From positions 288,001 through 352,000 of the forward strand of contig JAVJQW010000019.1 in assembly GCA_040218735.1 (NCBI GenBank): a DNA stretch of 64,000 bases. The letters are read 5' to 3'. Source of the DNA: Deltaproteobacteria bacterium. GTDB taxonomy: Bacteria; Myxococcota; Kuafuiibacteriia; Kuafuiibacteriales; Kuafuiibacteriaceae. The notes under the pieces are model-generated. The model ran no database searches. It worked only from the letters and a program-made list of their open reading frames with translations, and was not told the DNA's origin. The translations under genes were made by a program, and so were the position numbers. Below, piece by piece: positions 26,883 to 36,936 of this stretch (the stretch's first letter is position 1; every line of letters begins with the position of its first letter).

Positions 26883-28181
26883 ATGACCGCACCATCCCAC
26901 GCGCAGCGGCGGCGCGGACTCGTCGCCTCGGTCGTCGAAGGGGCGCTGCACGCCGTGATGGTCGGCGTCAGCGAGTCGTACCTCGGCGCGCTCGCCGTCG
27001 AGCTCGGTCACGGCGACGTCGCGATCGCGCTGCTCGTCACGCTGCCGATCCTGGTCGGTGCCCTCGCGCAGCTCACCGCGGGGCGCCTCGGCGATCGCAT
27101 CGGTCGACGCCGCCTCGTCCTGATCGGCGCGGCGCTCCAGGCCGCGAGTCACGTCGGGTTCTGGTGGATCGCCTCCACACGCGAAGACGACTTCTTGGCG
27201 CTCCTCCTCGCGAAGGTCGCGTTCTGGACCTCGGGCATGATGATCGTCCCCGCGTGGAGCGCGTGGATGGCGCGCCTCACCGAAGGCATGGGCCGGGAGC
27301 GCTACTTCGCGCGGCGGGGCGCGACGACCGCCGCGGCGCTGCTGGTGACGTTCCTCTTCGCCGGCTTCTTCCTCGAGTCCGGGCGTCGCGCCGGCGATGC
27401 GCTGGGAGCGTTCGCGGTGATGTTCGTCGTGGGGTTGGTCGCCCGGGCCGTGAGCCTCGGCGGCTTCTTCCTCATGCCGCCGATGGAGCGACTCGACACC
27501 TCCGCGCAACCTAGCTTGCGTGCGGTCATCGCGCGGTCGCGTCTGCGGACGCCGGTGTACCTGGCCGCGATGACCTTCGGCACCTATCTCTCCGCGCCGT
27601 TCTTCACGCCGTACATGCTCCGCGTCCTGGAGCTCGACTTCGAGCGCTACGCGGCGCTCATCGCGACGGCGACGCTGACGAAGGTCGTCGCCTTCCCGCT
27701 CCTCCACCGCGCGGCGGTGCGCTTCGGGCTCCCGCGGGTCCTGCTGGTGTCGGGCATCGGCGTCGCGGTCGTCCCCCTCGCGTGGTCGTGGACCACGGAG
27801 TTCGGTTGGCTGATGGCGGCGCAGGTCCTGAGCGGCGCCGCGTGGTCCGGCGTGGAGCTCGCGAGCTTCCAGCTCCTCCTCGACAGCGCCGACGACGATC
27901 ACCGTACCGGCCTGATGGGGCTGTCGAGCGCGATGTCGGGCGCGATGCAGGTCACCGCCGCGCTGGTCGGCAGCGCTCTGTTGGTGACGCTCGTGCATGA
28001 CTACGTGCTGGTGTTCGTGATCTCCGCCGCGGCGCGCGCGCTCGCCCTCGCGTTTTTGTGGAGCGCCGTCCGCCGCGAGAGCTTCGAGCGGATCCCTCGT
28101 GTGTTCGTGCGCATCGTCTCGATGCGCCCGGTGGAGGGCGTGGTGCGGAAACTGGTGGGGTGGGAGTCGCCGCGCGACTAA
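26883..28181 (+). CDS. MFS transporter
   Basis: About 12 TM helices and motif A GRLGDRIGRRR. Confidence 0.85.
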   Translation: MTAPSHAQRRRGLVASVVEGALHAVMVGVSESYLGALAVELGHGDVAIALLVTLPILVGALAQLTAGRLGDRIGRRRLVLIGAALQAASHVGFWWIASTREDDFLALLLAKVAFWTSGMMIVPAWSAWMARLTEGMGRERYFARRGATTAAALLVTFLFAGFFLESGRRAGDALGAFAVMFVVGLVARAVSLGGFFLMPPMERLDTSAQPSLRAVIARSRLRTPVYLAAMTFGTYLSAPFFTPYMLRVLELDFERYAALIATATLTKVVAFPLLHRAAVRFGLPRVLLVSGIGVAVVPLAWSWTTEFGWLMAAQVLSGAAWSGVELASFQLLLDSADDDHRTGLMGLSSAMSGAMQVTAALVGSALLVTLVHDYVLVFVISAAARALALAFLWSAVRRESFERIPRVFVRIVSMRPVEGVVRKLVGWESPRD

Positions 28182-28225
28182 CAACCATCGAACCGCGGCC
28201 GTCGCCGCCTGCGGTCGAGGGCGAG

Positions 28226-31200
28226 CTACGCCCGCCGAATCAGGTTGGCGAGGTCGTCCGTGGTGAGGCGCGCGGTCTGATTCGTGCCGTCGAGGAGCGC
28301 GGCGAACATGCCGCGTTTGTCGTCGTGCAGCTCGAGGATCGTCTCTTCGACGGTGTCGCGCGTGACCAGCCGGTAGACCGTCACGGGGTGCGTCTGGCCG
28401 ATGCGGTGCGCGCGGTCGGTCGCCTGGTCTTCGACCGCCGGGTTCCACCACGGATCGAGGTGCAGCACGGTGTCGGCGGCGGTGAGGTTGAGGCCGGTGC
28501 CGCCGGCCTTCACGGAGATGAGGAACAGCGGAACGTCGCCGGCCTGGAAGCGGTCGACGCGTCGCGCGCGCTCCTTCGCGGGGGTGCTGCCGTCCAGGTA
28601 GACGTAGTCGAGCGCTTCGTCCTCGAGCGCTTCGCGGACGAGCGCGAGGTGTTTGACGAACTGGCTGAAGATCAGCGCGCGGCGCCCTTCGGCGGCGAGC
28701 TCGCGGACGATGGTCAGCACGCGGTCGAGTTTCGACGAAGCCACCGTCGAGTCGTCGTCGACGAGCCGCGGGTGACACGCGAGCTGCCGCAGCCGCGTAA
28801 GCGCGGCGAGCACCTTCACGTGCAGCTGACTTCCCCGTTCGTCCTGCTTCTCCTTCTCGATCGTGTGGATCGCGGCGAGCCGCGCGTCGTCGTAGAGCGC
28901 GCGCTCGCGTGTCGAGAGCACCACGTCGAGCGTCACGTCGCTGCGCGGCGGGAGGTCCGTCGCGACCTCCTGCTTCGTTCGCCGCAGGATGAACGGCCGC
29001 ACCACGTGCGCGAGCGCCGCCGAAGCGAATGCGACGCCGTCCGCGTCGCTCCGACCGGCGTCGTCGAAGAAGTCGCGCTTGAAGCGCTCCCAGCTCCCGA
29101 GCAGACCCGGGAAAACCGCCGCGAACAGCGCCCACAGCTCGGATGGGTGGTTCTCCACGGGCGTGCCCGTGAGCGCGACCGTCCACGCCGCGTCGAGCTT
29201 GCGCACCGCGCGCGAGCGCTTGGTCTGCGCGTTCTTGATCGCCTGCGCCTCGTCGAGCACGAGTGTCCCGAAGTGCACCGCGGCGAGCAGCTCCGCGTCG
29301 CGCTGCACGACACCGTACGACGTGATCACCACGTCCTTCGCGCCGAGCCCGTCGAGGTGTCGTTCGCGATCCGAGCCCGCGTAGCTGATAACGTTCAACT
29401 CCGGCGCGAACCGCGCGAGCTCACGCGCCCAGTTGAACCCGACCGACGTCGGCGCGACGACGAGCGCCGGGCCCTCTTCGCTGCGATCGAGCAGGCACGC
29501 GATGGTCTGGATCGTCTTGCCGAGCCCCATGTCGTCGGCGAGCACCGCGCCCGCGTTCCACGCGGCGAGGCGCATCATCCACGCGTGCCCCTCGCGCTGG
29601 TACGGGCGGAGTTTGTCGGCGAGCTGCGGCGGCGGCGTGGGTTCGAGCGCGGCCGCGGCGTCGATGCGTTCGAGCAGCTGCGCCCAGGTGTCCGGGGTCT
29701 CGTACGACTCGGCTTCACGACCGAGCGCCTCCACCGCCTGCGCCGCGGCGATCGACATCTCGATGCGCTCGTCGATGCTCATCGTGAGCGGCGCGAGCGC
29801 GGTGAGGCGCCCGAGGAGCTTCGCCTCCAGCTCGACGAACTCACCCTCGCCGAGCCGCACGTACTTTTCGTCGTGTCGCGCGGCGTCGAGGAGGACGGCG
29901 AGCTGGATGCGACGCCCGTCGACGTGCGCCGAGCCCTCCACGTCGAACCAGTCCTTGTGGCCGTTCACCTGGAGCGACAGGTGGCTCGTGGTCGCGACGC
30001 TCGGGCGCTTCCACTCGCGCACCGGCCACACCGCGTGGATCGCGTCGTCGTCACGGACGCGGCGCACGAGCTCCAGGGCGTCGTCGAGCGTCTCGGCGTG
30101 GAGCGTGAAGTCCTCGCGCGTGACACCCTCCAGGCCCGCGTCGAGGATGCGTTCGATCGCGGCGTTGGCGGCCTCCACCTCGGCGTAGCGATCGCGTGTC
30201 GTCTGGACGATCTGCCGGTCCGGCGTCGAGGTCGTGAGGTCATCGGTGCCCATGCCCGGCACGAGCATCGGCCCGTGCTCCAGCGGGCGCACGCGCACCT
30301 CGACCATCACGCCCATGTCGCGCGGGAGGGGCGTCATCGAGAAGAACACGTCGAGGCTCGGTGCGACGTCGATCTGCTGAATCGCATCGGACCCGCGCAC
30401 CGGGATGTGCGCCGCGACCTTCGTCAGCCGCGACATCAACGCGGCGCGCGCTTCGGCGGGGATGTCGGTGCCGAAGTCGATCCACCGGCGCAGGAACTCC
30501 GAGAGGGTGTTGTCGATCGGCGTGATGAGGACTTCGCGTTTCTCGGGATCGAAGCGCACCACGGGACCGTCGCCGACGCGGTGGGGATCGACGTGCTCGG
30601 TCCACGCCTCCGCGCTGAACGATTCGTCGCCGAGGACCGCGCGCAGCGTGAGGGTGTCCTCGTCTTCCGTCGCTTCGGCGGTGAGGGCGACGGGCACTTC
30701 GACGACGCGCCAGTGCTGCGACTCGTGGCCTTCGAACGTGACGCGCGGGTGTCCGATCAGGGACATCAGGACCTTGGCGTACAGGCGCGTCGCTTCGACG
30801 AACTTCAGGCGTTGCCGCCGCGCCTTCATCAGCTGCACGCGCAGCGCGATCGCTTCGTCGTTGGCTTCGAGGGTGTGCTCTTCGAGGAGCCGGTCCACGC
30901 TGATGCGTTTGGGTTTGAGGAACGTCCCGCGTTTGCCGCGGTGGGCGACGAGCGGGATCACGCTGTCTTCGACCGGGCTGACGGACCACCACACGCGCAC
31001 TTCGTCGGGGGTGTCGTCGAACCCGTCGATCGCGTCGTCGAACTCCTGGATCCAGCGCTTCCAGGTCGGCGTCGCCGCGGCTTCGAGGAGCGCGGATCGC
31101 GAGAGCGTCCCGACCTCCTGATAGATCACGCCGAGCAGGTGATCGATCGCGCCGAGCTGGTGCTCACACGGCACGTCGCATTGGCTGCAGATCGGTCGGA

Positions 31201-32026
31201 CGTCGACACCGGGCTCCAGGCTCACCGGGATGAAGACCTTGCGCCCGGTGCTCGTCCACCGCGGCGCGCCGGCTTCCACCGCTTCGTAGCGGAAGCGGCG
31301 CGGGTTCTCGTCGGTGAGCTTCGCGTCGACGACGACCACGTCGGCCGCGCGCCGCGGCGCGACGATCTCACGCACGCCTTTGCGCGCGCGACGCAGGCGC
31401 TCGACGAGCTTGGCGGCGACTTCGTCGTCCGGGAGTGGGCGCGTCGCAAACGCGGACGCGGCTTCTTCGGCGAGCGCCTCCTTGCGCCGCGCGGCGTGGT
31501 CCTCGAGCCACGCGAACAGCGCCGCCTTGTGGGGCGCGAGGTCGGGGATCGGGAGTGTGAAGAACTTCGCGATCGTCGCGTCGTAGTGCACGTGGCGCGC
31601 GGTGTGCCAGCCCTCGGGGGCGTCGGGGAGATCGTACGGGAGCTTCGTGTCGAGCGCTTCGAAGACACCGCGTTCGCGCGCCCAACCTTCGAGGTCCTTG
31701 GGGAGGTCGACCTTCGGCGCCTCCTCCTTCGGGAGCTGACGCAGCAGGTGTTTGATCAGGTCGCGCCGCAGGACGCGCAGCTGCGACGCCGTGAGGATCG
31801 GACCGAGCAGCCCCTGCGCCTTGTCGAGGAACGTCGCGAGCGACGCGTCGCCGGTCGTCGACGCGACGTGGTCCGCGGCGCGCAGCGAACGCGGCGTCGC
31901 GCGTGGGCCGAGCGCTTCGCGGGTGTCGGCCGTGAGCGCCTGCTCGATCCCGCACTCGATCGCCGCGGACCGAATCGCCGCGAACGACTCGGCGAGACGA
32001 AGCTTGGCGATCGTGCGCTCGTCCAC
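28226..32026 (-). CDS. SNF2-family helicase/ATPase
   Basis: Motifs LADDMGLGKT, LDEAQAIKN, LTGTPVEN, RALIFSQF and DPWWNPAVEDQATDRAHRIGQ, plus a SWIM-like CxxC...CEH. Confidence 0.95.
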   Translation of the reverse strand: MDERTIAKLRLAESFAAIRSAAIECGIEQALTADTREALGPRATPRSLRAADHVASTTGDASLATFLDKAQGLLGPILTASQLRVLRRDLIKHLLRQLPKEEAPKVDLPKDLEGWARERGVFEALDTKLPYDLPDAPEGWHTARHVHYDATIAKFFTLPIPDLAPHKAALFAWLEDHAARRKEALAEEAASAFATRPLPDDEVAAKLVERLRRARKGVREIVAPRRAADVVVVDAKLTDENPRRFRYEAVEAGAPRWTSTGRKVFIPVSLEPGVDVRPICSQCDVPCEHQLGAIDHLLGVIYQEVGTLSRSALLEAAATPTWKRWIQEFDDAIDGFDDTPDEVRVWWSVSPVEDSVIPLVAHRGKRGTFLKPKRISVDRLLEEHTLEANDEAIALRVQLMKARRQRLKFVEATRLYAKVLMSLIGHPRVTFEGHESQHWRVVEVPVALTAEATEDEDTLTLRAVLGDESFSAEAWTEHVDPHRVGDGPVVRFDPEKREVLITPIDNTLSEFLRRWIDFGTDIPAEARAALMSRLTKVAAHIPVRGSDAIQQIDVAPSLDVFFSMTPLPRDMGVMVEVRVRPLEHGPMLVPGMGTDDLTTSTPDRQIVQTTRDRYAEVEAANAAIERILDAGLEGVTREDFTLHAETLDDALELVRRVRDDDAIHAVWPVREWKRPSVATTSHLSLQVNGHKDWFDVEGSAHVDGRRIQLAVLLDAARHDEKYVRLGEGEFVELEAKLLGRLTALAPLTMSIDERIEMSIAAAQAVEALGREAESYETPDTWAQLLERIDAAAALEPTPPPQLADKLRPYQREGHAWMMRLAAWNAGAVLADDMGLGKTIQTIACLLDRSEEGPALVVAPTSVGFNWARELARFAPELNVISYAGSDRERHLDGLGAKDVVITSYGVVQRDAELLAAVHFGTLVLDEAQAIKNAQTKRSRAVRKLDAAWTVALTGTPVENHPSELWALFAAVFPGLLGSWERFKRDFFDDAGRSDADGVAFASAALAHVVRPFILRRTKQEVATDLPPRSDVTLDVVLSTRERALYDDARLAAIHTIEKEKQDERGSQLHVKVLAALTRLRQLACHPRLVDDDSTVASSKLDRVLTIVRELAAEGRRALIFSQFVKHLALVREALEDEALDYVYLDGSTPAKERARRVDRFQAGDVPLFLISVKAGGTGLNLTAADTVLHLDPWWNPAVEDQATDRAHRIGQTHPVTVYRLVTRDTVEETILELHDDKRGMFAALLDGTNQTARLTTDDLANLIRRA

Positions 32027-32083
32027 CCGCGGAAACTGCCAAACCCCGGCGCGAGTTTCAGCAGCTTTTACGTCACGGTTTCG

Positions 32084-32746
32084 TCACGGCGCGCGCGGCA
32101 CGATCTGCGCGTCGTCGAGCGACGCGGCGTGCGCCTCGGCCTTCTCCCGCTCCTCGAAGACCCCGACGAGGGAGCGCCCGCCGTCCGCGGCGACGCGCCA
32201 GACCTCCCAGGTCCCCTCGGTGGAGACCGCGCGTACCGGGGCGGGGGGGCGCTTGGGGCGTGCGCCGCGCGCGGAGACGATGCGTTCGCGTCGCGCGCGG
32301 GCGTCGGCTTCGGGTTCGAGCTCGATGCGGGCCCCGGTCTGGTCCGCGCGCCACGCGGCTTCGCGCGGGGAAGGGGTCTCGTGGACGACCGCGCCGTCGA
32401 CGACGAGTCGGTGCATCTGCCAGGCGGGGAAGTGCTCCTCCAGCGCGATGGCGTAGTGGGTCGGGTCCTCGTCCAGGCGGTCGACGACGTCCGCCAGCGC
32501 GAGCCGCGCGACGAGGTAGTCGATGTCGCGGAGGTCGCCGTTGACGTAGCAGGTGTCGTCGCCGGCTCTGAAGTGCAGCTCGAAGGAGGTGCCGTCCTCG
32601 AGCTCGAAGCCCCACGCGGGGAGGCCGCGCGGCCCGTTCGCACCGTAGTGCGGCGGGCCGAACCGCGCCTGCATGGCGGCTTCGTCGATCGCGAACCGGA
32701 ACAACATCCGGCCCGGCGGCGAGAACGCGAACTCGGCGCGCTTCAC
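32084..32746 (-). CDS. Hypothetical protein
   Basis: A 220-aa ORF with a 4-bp overlap to the glnS stop and typical codon usage. Confidence 0.65.
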   Translation of the reverse strand: MKRAEFAFSPPGRMLFRFAIDEAAMQARFGPPHYGANGPRGLPAWGFELEDGTSFELHFRAGDDTCYVNGDLRDIDYLVARLALADVVDRLDEDPTHYAIALEEHFPAWQMHRLVVDGAVVHETPSPREAAWRADQTGARIELEPEADARARRERIVSARGARPKRPPAPVRAVSTEGTWEVWRVAADGGRSLVGVFEEREKAEAHAASLDDAQIVPRAP

Positions 32747-34446
32747 TTCTTGGACTGACCCGACTGCTTCGCGATCTTCGCCCAGCTGTCACGCAGCGGG
32801 ACGGTGCGGTTGAACACCGGCCGCTCCGCGGTCGAGTCGGGATCCGCGATGAAGTAGCCGGTGCGCTCGAACTGGTAGCGCTGGCCGGCCTCCGTCCCGC
32901 CGAGCGAGCGCTCGACCTTCGCGTTTTCGATGACGACCTCGGACTTGTCGTTGAGCTGCTCGAAGAAGTCCCCTTCGTCGTCGGCGACCTCGTCGTCGAG
33001 GAGCAGCGGTTCGTACAGGCGCACCTCGGCTTCGACGGCGTGTTTCGCGGAGACCCAGTGGATGGTGCCCTTCACTCGGCGCCCGTCCGGCGGCGAGCCG
33101 CCGCGGGTCTCGGGGTCGTAGGTGCAGTGCACTTCGACGACGTTGCCGTCGTCGTCCTTCACGAACCCGGTGCACGTGACGAGGTACGCCCAGCGCAACC
33201 GAACCTCGCGGCCGACGGAGAGGCGGAAGAACTTCTTCGGCGCGTCCTCCATGAAGTCGGTCGCCTCGATGTAGATCTCCTTGCCGAACGGGATCTCGCG
33301 CGAGCCCATCTTCGGCGGGTCGTCCGGGAAGTTCGGCGCCTCGAAGACGTCCTCTTGGTCCTCCGGGTAGTTCGTGATGACGAGCTTCAGCGGGTTCAGC
33401 ACCGCCATCACGCGCGGCGTGGTGGTGTTGAGGTCGTCGCGCACGGTGCTCTCGAGGAGCGCCATGTCGACCACGCTGTTGCGCCGCGCGACGCCGACCT
33501 TCTCGCAGAACTCGCGGATCGCTTCGGGCCGGTAGCCGCGCCGGCGCAGCGCCGCGAGTGTCATCAGGCGCGGGTCGTCCCAGCCGCGCACCTTCCCGTC
33601 CTGCACGAGCCGCAGGAGCTTCCGTTTGCTCATGACGGTGTGCGTGAGGTTGAGGCGCGCGAACTCGGTCTGCTCGGGCGGAGCGTCGCTGTCGATCAGG
33701 TGCCCGACGAGCCAGTCGTACAGCTCGCGGTTGTTCTCGAACTCGAGCGAGCACAGCGAGTGCGTGACGCCTTCGATCGCGTCCGACAGGCAGTGCGCGA
33801 AGTCGTAGAACGGGTAGATGCACCAGTCGTCGCCGGTGCGGTAGTGCGAGATCTTCCGGATGCGGTACAGCGGCGGGTCGCGCAACTTCATGTTCGGCGC
33901 GGACATGTCGATCTTCGCGCGCAGCGTGTACTTGCCGTCCTCGAACTCACCGGCCTTCATGCGCGCGAACAGATCGAGGTTCTCTTCAGTGGAACGGTCG
34001 CGGTCGGGGCTCGGCGTGCCGGGCTCCTTCACGGTGCCGCGCGTCGCGCGGACCTCGGCTTCGCTCTGGCTGCACACAAACGCGAGGCCCTTCTCGATGA
34101 GCTTCACGCCGAACTGGTAGAGCTGCTCGTAGTAGTCGCTCGCGAAGTACAGGTGCTCGCCCCAGTCGAACCCGAGCCAGCGGATGTCCTCCTGGATGGA
34201 CTCGACGTACTTCATGTCCTCCTTCGCCGGGTTGGTGTCGTCGAAGCGGAGGTGGCAGCGCCCGCCGAACTCTTGGGCGACGCCGAAGTTCAGGCAGATC
34301 GCCTTCGCGTGCCCGATGTGCAGGTAGCCGTTCGGCTCCGGCGGGAAGCGCGTGACGACGCGGCCCCCGTGTTTGTCGGAGGCGACGTCGGCCTTCACCA
34401 TCTGGCGGATGAAGTTCGAGTTGATGAGCTCGTTGTCGTTAGCCAA
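32743..34446 (-). CDS. glnS: Glutamine--tRNA ligase
   Basis: Motifs TRFPPEPNGYLHIGH, MSKRKL, KGTIHWVS and QFERTGYF. Confidence 0.97.
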   Translation of the reverse strand: MANDNELINSNFIRQMVKADVASDKHGGRVVTRFPPEPNGYLHIGHAKAICLNFGVAQEFGGRCHLRFDDTNPAKEDMKYVESIQEDIRWLGFDWGEHLYFASDYYEQLYQFGVKLIEKGLAFVCSQSEAEVRATRGTVKEPGTPSPDRDRSTEENLDLFARMKAGEFEDGKYTLRAKIDMSAPNMKLRDPPLYRIRKISHYRTGDDWCIYPFYDFAHCLSDAIEGVTHSLCSLEFENNRELYDWLVGHLIDSDAPPEQTEFARLNLTHTVMSKRKLLRLVQDGKVRGWDDPRLMTLAALRRRGYRPEAIREFCEKVGVARRNSVVDMALLESTVRDDLNTTTPRVMAVLNPLKLVITNYPEDQEDVFEAPNFPDDPPKMGSREIPFGKEIYIEATDFMEDAPKKFFRLSVGREVRLRWAYLVTCTGFVKDDDGNVVEVHCTYDPETRGGSPPDGRRVKGTIHWVSAKHAVEAEVRLYEPLLLDDEVADDEGDFFEQLNDKSEVVIENAKVERSLGGTEAGQRYQFERTGYFIADPDSTAERPVFNRTVPLRDSWAKIAKQSGQSKK

Positions 34447-34523
34447 GGCGGGACCGTTGTTCCTGGTTTGCTGCGGCGATTCAAGTCCTGCGTTACGCTG
34501 AGGCCCTGTTCTTCCTCACGGCC

Positions 34524-35921
34524 ATGATCCTGACCGCCGCAACCCCACAGGCGTTGGAAGCGAAGGTGTCCTTCGACCCCACGGCACACACCTTCGAGGC
34601 CTGCGGGACGTGGACCTTCGATTCGGCGGGCCCTGCGCCCTACGTCCTCGCGTCGGGCGTCACGGCGAAGCTCGACGCCAAGCCCGCACCGGAGGGGGTG
34701 TTGGTGCCCGAAGACCGCCGCGTCGCCTTTCGTGCGTGGGGCTCGGCGGATCGCCCGGGCGAGAACTTCGTCGGGCCCGACGCGGTGCTGCTCAACGGCG
34801 TGACGTTTCAGTTCTACCCGCGCTTCGAGGGGTCGGTGGACACCGTCGTCCGCGTCGAGGCGCCCGAGGGTTGGATCGTCCGCGCGACGGGTGACGCCGA
34901 GGGCGACGGCTTTCGCGCGCCGACGACACGGTGGTTCCTGGTCGCGGGGCGCAAGAACGGGCACGAGCTGCGGCGCGGTGATCTCGAGGTGGTGGTCGCC
35001 GAGGAGGCGACGGCGGGACCGTTCCTCGACGCGCTCGAACGCATCACGACGGAGCTGGAGGGGTGGTACGGGCGCCGGCCCAGCCGGACGCTCACCGTCG
35101 TGGAGGTCCCGTTCGACGGCGGCTTCTCGGGGATCGGTCTGATCGTCGTCCACGGCGGCGCGGTCCGGTCGTTCTTGGAGGGCGATCGCGAGGGGGCGTT
35201 CCTCGCGCACGAGATCGCGCACCAGTGGTTCGGCGGGGTGCTCGACTCGACGAACGCGATCCGCGAGGGCCTCGCGACCTACACGGCGCTGCGCTACGAG
35301 CGTGCGCGATCTGCGGAGCGCGGGGAGCTCTATCGCGAGCGGTTGCTCGAGATGGCGTCGCGCGCGCGGCCGGGCCGGACGATCCGGGAGATCACGCGGG
35401 CGGATGGTTGGCGTGACTACGAGGCGGTGGCCTACGCGCGCTCGGCGCTGGTGTTCGATCGGGTGCGCGAGCAGATCGGTGACGATCGGTTTCATGCGCT
35501 GCTCAGGCGTTGGGTGAGTACCGCGTCTGTGACCCAGGCGATGAGTTTCGATGAGTTTCTCGCGCCGCTCGACGAGATTGCGCCCGAGCTCGACGTCGAC
35601 CCATTCGTCGCGCGCACCGTCGACGCCGACTGGGACCCACGCACGAACGAGGTGCGGCGCGAGGTCACGACGATCTCCGGCAAGATCGCCGCGCTCTTGG
35701 TGGCGCTCACGTTTTTGTTCGCGCGTCGTTTCGCCCCGGTCGAGGGCCTCGCGGCGGCGGGCGTCGCGCTGTGGATGGTGCGCCTCCCGTGGGTGATCGC
35801 GTGGCCGGTCGTCGCCGGGATCGCGCTCGTCCTCGGCGGGACGTACCTGTTGCCCGACGGGTACCGAGGCTGGGCGGTGATCGGCTACTTCGTCGCGGCC
35901 TCGGCGTTCTTCGCGTTCTGA
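34524..35921 (+). CDS. M1-family (gluzincin) aminopeptidase-like protein with C-terminal TM helices
   Basis: HEIAHQWFG followed by EGLATY, and a hydrophobic C-terminal ~80 aa. Confidence 0.8.
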   Translation: MILTAATPQALEAKVSFDPTAHTFEACGTWTFDSAGPAPYVLASGVTAKLDAKPAPEGVLVPEDRRVAFRAWGSADRPGENFVGPDAVLLNGVTFQFYPRFEGSVDTVVRVEAPEGWIVRATGDAEGDGFRAPTTRWFLVAGRKNGHELRRGDLEVVVAEEATAGPFLDALERITTELEGWYGRRPSRTLTVVEVPFDGGFSGIGLIVVHGGAVRSFLEGDREGAFLAHEIAHQWFGGVLDSTNAIREGLATYTALRYERARSAERGELYRERLLEMASRARPGRTIREITRADGWRDYEAVAYARSALVFDRVREQIGDDRFHALLRRWVSTASVTQAMSFDEFLAPLDEIAPELDVDPFVARTVDADWDPRTNEVRREVTTISGKIAALLVALTFLFARRFAPVEGLAAAGVALWMVRLPWVIAWPVVAGIALVLGGTYLLPDGYRGWAVIGYFVAASAFFAF

Positions 35922-35979
35922 TCCCTCTTTCGCGCCGGCCCGTATCGACGTGGACGCGCCGATGCGGCAGATCGTCGGC

Positions 35980-36936
35980 ATGCCGATCATCGAACGCGAC
36001 CCCTGGCGCATGCAGTACTTCGAAGGGGTGTCGTGCCCCGACGCCGTCGAGATCCCCACCGAGGAGAGCGACGCCTACCGCCTCTTCCCGAAGCACCGGT
36101 GGGTCTTCAACAAACTCACCGTCGCGGAGAGCCAGGGGATCGTGTGTGGGTTGCACGGGATCGATCCGCCGTCGTTTCCGGTGTTCAGCAAACCCGTCTA
36201 CAACATGCGCGGCATGGGCGCGGGGAGCCGCGTGCTGCGAACGCCGGAGGGGTACGAGCGGTACAACAAACCGGGGCACTTCTGGATGGAGCTGCTGGAG
36301 GGTGAGCACGTGAGCTCGGACGTCGCGGTCGTCGACGGCGAGCCGGTGTGGTGGCGGCACGTGGTCGGCAAGCCGATCGGCCAGGGCAAGTTCGACTACT
36401 GGACGGTGAGCGCCGCGTCGAACCCGGCGGTGGAGGCGTACTGCACGGAGTGGATCCGCGAGAACATGAAGGGCTACTCGGGGATGATGAACCTCGAGAC
36501 GATCGGCGCGCGGATCATCGAGGTGCACCTTCGGTTCGCGGATCAGTGGCCGGATTTGTACGGGCGCGGTTGGCTCGACGCGTTGGTGAAGCTGTACGCG
36601 GAGGGGCGCTGGGACTACGCAGACGAGGATCGGCGTGATGGGTACAGCGTGGTGCTCTTCGGGATGCACGAGGTGGCTTATCAGCACCCGAACCCGGAGG
36701 TGATCGAGGCGATCCGCGCGTGGGCGCAGGTGTCGAGCGTGCAGGTCACCTTCCACGCCGACAAACCTTCGTGGGCGCACTCGATGCCGCCCGGTGGGTT
36801 TCGGCTCGCAATCATCAACACCTGGGATCTCGACGTCGGCGTGCGCGCGCGGCAGGAACTCGCGCTCGCGTTCTGGGCGGCGCAAGGTCTGTTGCCGAAG
36901 GGAGCGAAGCGGGCCCGCGCCGCCGAGGCGCGCTGA
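35980..36936 (+). CDS. ATP-grasp-fold protein of unknown function (start may be 35950, 35962 or 35980)
   Basis: Motifs FPVFSKPVYNMRGMG, FWMELLEGEHVSSD and MNLETIGARIIEVHLRF. Confidence 0.7.
   Translation: MPIIERDPWRMQYFEGVSCPDAVEIPTEESDAYRLFPKHRWVFNKLTVAESQGIVCGLHGIDPPSFPVFSKPVYNMRGMGAGSRVLRTPEGYERYNKPGHFWMELLEGEHVSSDVAVVDGEPVWWRHVVGKPIGQGKFDYWTVSAASNPAVEAYCTEWIRENMKGYSGMMNLETIGARIIEVHLRFADQWPDLYGRGWLDALVKLYAEGRWDYADEDRRDGYSVVLFGMHEVAYQHPNPEVIEAIRAWAQVSSVQVTFHADKPSWAHSMPPGGFRLAIINTWDLDVGVRARQELALAFWAAQGLLPKGAKRARAAEAR

Noticed and set aside
28058-32758. 1566-aa plus-strand ORF, and similar long antisense ORFs (1858-4596, 4834-6975, 49823-52231, 55325-57520)
   Set aside because: These are shadow ORFs opposite clear genes. 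They are Arg/Gly/Ala-rich, motif-free products of high GC3 bias.
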